Assembly: GCA_000830275.1 (NCBI GenBank)
Contig: CP010424.1
Coordinates: 870,001 to 902,000, forward strand
DNA: 32,000 nucleotides
Reading direction: 5' to 3'
DNA from: an archaeon GW2011_AR10
GTDB taxonomy: Archaea; Iainarchaeota; Iainarchaeia; Iainarchaeales; GW2011-AR10
Within the stretch, counting starts at the first letter, position 1. Each line of letters opens with the position of its first letter. This document shows, piece by piece, positions 10,901 through 16,900 of this stretch. Below the pieces are notes generated by a model. It worked only from the letters and a program-made list of their open reading frames with translations. It was not told the DNA's origin and did no database searches. A program made the position numbers and the translations under genes.

Positions 10901-13900
10901 CAATGTAAACCGTGTCGCTCGTGCCCCAACTGGCAGCTAGATAGCGGTAAAACACAATAGAAGTAATCGCATTTGTGCCAGGTCCGCCCTGGTCAACAAT
11001 TACATTCGTAAAACAATACTTTGCCCAGGAGCTTGTCGGAACCGGAAGGCCGAAATTCATCCACCCGCTATCGCTTCCCTCCCCTGTGTACACGTATATC
11101 AGGACTTTACGGCTGGCGTCATCATCCGACTTCTTCAAATCAACACAAATCCTGAATGTTCTCCCTAAAGTGCCAGAAATTGTCGATAAATTTTGCTGCA
11201 CAAAAGCATAATCATCAGTACCGTTTCCGCTGCTCAGGGAATACCCCCCTGTACTGGAATCCAGATCAATGACGCCATTGGTAATGTTGGTCCAGCCTGT
11301 TGTGCCGTTCTCAAACCCAGGATTTTTCACAAGATTGCTTTCGTTGCCGAAATCATCAAGGCTAGAAACAACAAAGTTGTAGTCGGTTCCTGCATCAGTT
11401 GCCGTTCCATAATTTACTGTCAACTGCGAGGCTGAATCCGCACCAATGCTGGAAATGGTTACAGCGCTTGGAAGAGCAGTATCAGTTGCGGCAGTATCGG
11501 AAAAAGAATTAGTGCGAACCGGCACCGTTACCTTGATGTTGTCAAAAGTTGAAAGGTCAGAGTCAAAAAAACCAATGTATGGCTTTAAGTCTCCCTCCGT
11601 GCTGTAATTGGAGTCAAAAAGCAGGACATCATTAATGAAATATTTTGCTCCCTTTGCTTTCAAAACAATTTTCCAGTGATAGTTTTTGTTGATGTCTATT
11701 GCACTTGAAACCGTGCTCCTAAGAATAGCATCCTCATAAATTTGGGCCTGGGTGTTAATGAAATTAATTACGTGAACCCCGTCCAACACGTTAACTGCCC
11801 CGGAATTGTCAGTGAAGCCAGCCCAAACCTGCACTTGAGCAGAGGAATTAAAGTCTCCCTCAAAAGTTGTTCCCGAAATTCTTGCAAGGGCAGTATTGTA
11901 GGTTATGCCTGTTTCCCCGAATATGCCTGAACCCCTTCCAAAAAGTTTTCCGGCTGTTGCAGAAATGCTTCCAGCTCCAGTATCGGTTACAGTCCAGTTG
12001 CTTGGAAGCGTTGTTCCGCTAAAATCATTGAAGTCACCGCTTCCAACAGGATCAAATGTTGTTCCATTGTTAGGGCTTCTTTCAGCAGCAAAATAATCGA
12101 AGAGCTTGTACTTGTAAACTGTGGTTGCACTGCAATTAAATGCGTAAATGTAGTTTGACTTGTTTCCGCCAATGCCCTCAATGTCAGCTACTTGCCCTGA
12201 AACATCAATTGTTTTAACGAGGTAAGGCGCTTCATCCCATTCACCAGTGCCGGCAGGCCAGCTGGTTACATCAATTACAGCAATTTTGGTGTTTGCAGTA
12301 ATGTCTGAACCAATGCCTGCATAAAGGTAGCCGTTGCTGTATTCCAAGCCCTCACCATAGTTTCCATCAGCAACCTTGAAATAGCCTGCAGCAGTAATGC
12401 TTGTCTGGTTGATTTTGTACCTTGTTACCACATTGCTTCTGCTTCCGGAAGTTGTGCCAGTGTAACCTGAAAGGTCGGCATTGCAGTAAAGGTAGTTGCC
12501 GTCAGTTGCAATGCCCAAACACTCGCCGTCAGTCAACAGCTTTCCTGTCCATGCTCCGCCACAGCTTGCTGGAGGGCTTGCGCCAGAACAGCTTGTCCAA
12601 GTTGCACCATTGCTTGAAACAATCCACTTGTTCACATCAAGCGTTGTCCAGTCCTGCGAAAAGAACACATTGTTTGTTGAATCAGCATTTCCATAATATG
12701 CGAGGCCGGTGTAAAAACTGGTATTGGAAATGGAACTCAAATAGTTGAAGTCAGAAGTATACCTTCCAACTATGGCATTGGTGATAGTGAACCAATAGTC
12801 TTGATTCCAACCTGTTTCAGTTGCTGGAGCAAAAGTCACGCCATAGCACCATCCAGTAGTTGCTGAAGCTGTTTCGCTTCCCACATAGTCGCCGAACTCG
12901 TTGCTTGTAAAGGTTAAGTTAACCCTGTTGTTGGAGGCATCGCCTGTTGCAGTCAAAGCAGCCGGCACTGAACTGTTCCTGTCAGGAACTATAATTGCTG
13001 CATCATTTGAATATGGGCCGTTGCTGGCTCCGGTAAAAGCCCTAACCCTGTAAACCAGGGAATTGTTGTCCCCGACATTGTTGTCATTGAAAGCCAGAAC
13101 ATCTGCAGCTGTTGCAAAAATCTGGAAATAGCTGCTGCCTGCCACTTTCCTCTCAATCTTGAAGCCGTCTTCCCCTGCAACATTGGTCCAAGAGAGCACG
13201 ACTCCCCCAAGATTCGAGCCAAGAGCAAAAAGGGTGTTGGCGTCAGCTGAAAGCACTGGGCCATCAATAGCAGTTGTTCCGCACACCTGAGAGGAAACAG
13301 TTGAATTGTTGTCAGCGTTGTCGGTTGAAAGCACGGTGAAACAGTACTGCGTTCCCGGGCTTAACCCTGTTATAGTGGTTGGAGTTCCTGCTAAAACATT
13401 GTCCAAGTCACTGCCATCATTTGCCCCAGAAGAACAGCTGCCACCGCTCTCGCAGTCAAGCAAATACTGTTTTAAACCAGAAGTAACAGTGGCATAATTG
13501 TAATTTCCACTCCTGTATATTTGTTCTACTTCAGCAGCAGTTAAGACCCTGTTCCACACCGCCACATCATCAATCTTCCCGACATGCGAGCCATTGCCGA
13601 AAATCCCGCCAATCTGGAACGGCTGGTTCGTGGACCTTAAGCTGTTTCCATCGTAAATGGCAATGCTGTCACTGTCCCTCAACACACCATTCACGTAAAG
13701 CCTCTGGAAACCATCCCTGTCAGCAGTGAAAGCAACGTGATACCATCTGTTTGCGTCAATCCCTGATGCTTGGCTTGCAATTGCGGGAGTACCAAAGTCA
13801 AGGAGCAACTGCACATTGTTGGCCGGGTTGGTCCTTATTTCCCACCCATAGTTGTTTGCGGTTGAATCCCTGTTGGAAATGGGCCTCTTAAGAGTGACAC

Positions 13901-16900
13901 TGGGGTCATTCCAGTAAACCCACAGGGAAGCAGAGAAATCTGTTAGCGCTTGATTGATGTCCCCTGCACGAATTATGTCAGTGCCGTTGAACACGTAAGC
14001 CCCGCTGCCTAAGCCACCGTTTTCAGTCCATACAACACCAGCCTCAACATTTCCATCCCGCCCATTCAAACTTGAGTCATAGGCAGTTGTGCCAAGGCCA
14101 TCCTCGAACTTCCAGTAGCCCTGAATATCGGTTGAATTAACATCGAATGAGTTCCCGTAACTGTCGAAAGCGTTGATGAGGTAATTGTAATCAGTTCCAT
14201 TGTCGCTTGGAGCAGTCCAGGAAACATTCAAGGAGGAAGTGGCAGGATTGTTAACAGTCAGGCCTGTTGGCGTGTTCGGGTTAGCACCATCAGTTGCGGC
14301 GGTATCAGCAAACGTGTTTGTGTCAATTGGCACTATGATTTTGAAATTGTCATAGTTTGCAATAGCAACACTAGTGTGTGTTACATAAGGCTTCAAATTG
14401 CTTTCAGTGCTGTAATCAGAATTGTAAACCAGCTTGTCATTTATATAGTAGTAGGCTCCCTGGTCTTTCAGAACAATTTTCCAGCGATAGATTGTGGTGC
14501 CATTCCAGCTTCCACCAGGTATTCTTGGGTTATTATCCTCATAAATATGTATTATTCCGCCGCCGCCAGAAGCGCTAAAGAAAATAGCGTGAACTCCATC
14601 TACAAAACCCACGCCAGCACCATTGTCCTTAAAGCCAACCATTGCATAAGTAGCAGTGGGATCAGAAGCATTGAAATCCCCTTCAAAAGTCACGCCTGCA
14701 GCACGGGCCAAAGCCGTATTGTAAGTGAAGGCTGTTTCACCCCATGTGCCCGTACCAATTATGTTCAGCATTCCGCTTTGGGTAACGCTCCCCGAACCTG
14801 TATCGGTTACGGTCCAGTCGCTTGGAAGAGTTGTTCCATTGAAATCAGCGGAATCACCGTTGATTGGAGTGAAGGAACTTCCACTATCAGTGCTCTTCTC
14901 CAAAGCATACTTTACCGTGCCAATGTTGTAAAGGTTCTTTATGGAGGTGGCTGAAAGCACGGTGTTGAAAACCATTACCTCGTCTATGGTTCCGGCAATT
15001 TCTTGGTGTTCGATACACGCGACGTCAGTGCAGTAGGACCTCGCGCCTATACTGAATCTTGCATTAGCGGTCGTAGGTGATAGTGTGAGAGTATTATAGT
15101 CAATAACCGTTGTTTCTTCTAGCCCATCAACATAAATTTTCAGGCCGCTTGCTGCACTCGAGCCATTGTAGGTTACCGCTATGTGGTGCCACTTGTTGTC
15201 ATTAACCTTGTAAAGGGTGCCGTGCTCTTTTATCCCATTGGTGATTTCAGTATCGAGCAAGTGCGCCTCGACATAGCCCCCCTGCAAAAACATGTCATAG
15301 CCCTTGTAAGAGGGGTTGGAATCCATTTTTGACACGAGCGCTGCGCCATTAGCTGTTCCCTTATACCAGGCCGATAAAGTGTAGGAATCTGTTCTGTCAA
15401 AATTATAGGCTGATGATGACGTAATCCTGATGTTGTCTCCGACACCATCCAAAGTAATAGCGTTCCCTATTCTGCCTTTCGTGAAAGAAGCATTGTAATA
15501 TAGAGTTCCATCATTCCCGCTCCCGCTGCTGTCATATGCTGTTGAACCTGATTCTTCATCAAGCCGCCAGTAGCCAATGAGGTTGCTGCCAAAGTATGAA
15601 TTGGCTGCCGAGTTGTCGTCGCTTGCAGTCCAGTTCAAATCCGCATGCGCAGAAGCGCCGGCAGTGGAGGAAACAACAAAATTCTGTGGAAGCGATGGGC
15701 CGCTCCTGTCAGTGGTTACGTTGGCATCAACGCTTGAGTTCGTGTCAGCCAAAACTCCGATGGTTGACACCTTGTAGTAGTAAGTGGTGTTGTCCAGGAG
15801 ACCAATTTCATCAAAAGAGGTGGTGTTTGCCGCGAGCGTGCCGGAAGCATTGGTGAAAGGCCCGATGGAATTATTTGCAGACCTGTACACAATGTAACCC
15901 TGCTCGCCGGTTGCATCAGCCCAAGTTACTTTCGCACCGCCAAACCTCGAGTTCCTGTGGAGGAGATTGTTTGCGTCAAGAGAGCTGAGAGCTGCTGGGG
16001 CTCCAGTAACATCATAATTGACAACCAGGGTTGGGGCAACCTGGGAGTTCTGGTCATAGGAATACCAGCCCCACCTGCTGGCCGGAGAAACTTCATTTGC
16101 TGCAACTGCTTTAAGGCCAATGTTAAAGTAGTCGGATGGAAGCTGGTTATCCAGGTCTGTGGCAGCGGTTGAACCAAGGCTAACAGTTGCTGTGTCACCA
16201 ATGGCCTCATTCCAGCCCGTGGTACTCATATATAAAGTGCCGGAACCAATGTTGCTGTAAACGGTTGAGGCAGTGCCGGCACAATCCACATTACTGGTGC
16301 CAAGCCTCCGTGCCTCAATGGTCGGGTTTCCGGAATTAAGGATAAGTCCGCCTGTGAGCTTGAGGCTCACGCCGAGAATCGGTGCGGCATCCGGAATGGA
16401 GCTTGTGCTGAATTTCAGGAAACTTCTTCTAACACTAGGATTGAATAAACTACTATACCCTGCAGAAACAGTGTTTAAATTATTGTTACAAGAATAAGTT
16501 ATATCATCAGGATTATAATCGATGTATCCATCGTTGGCGCTTGCCGCTGTGGTTATGTTAACAATGGGGTCGATTGCGATGGGGTAAACTCTATTCTCAT
16601 TGGTGAGCCAAGCGTACGGAACACTAGTGTACAGGAAAATGCTGCTGCCCTGCTTTTCAATCGTGTAAGTGAGGTTGATGAAACTGTTGTTGTTTGTTGG
16701 TTTTCCCTCGGCATCGAAATCGCTTGCGGCATCGCTTGCATAAGCAATGGCAACAGGAATGTACAGCTCCGGGGAGCCGGAAGAAGCGTCGTTCAGGGTC
16801 AGCTGCTGTGAAGTGGTTATGGTTGAACCCTTGTATGGCTTGCCGTCCACATAAAGCAAGAGGTTGTTGGGAAGGTTGAGCTTTTCCTTGAGCTGGAGAA

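Noticed and set aside
14376-14954. A 192-aa plus-strand ORF antisense to the giant gene; likewise the 187-aa ORF at 21720..22283 antisense to the 1,861-aa gene
   Set aside because: They are antisense shadows of strongly supported genes. Their translations are hydrophobic or irregular and carry no recognisable domain or start context.
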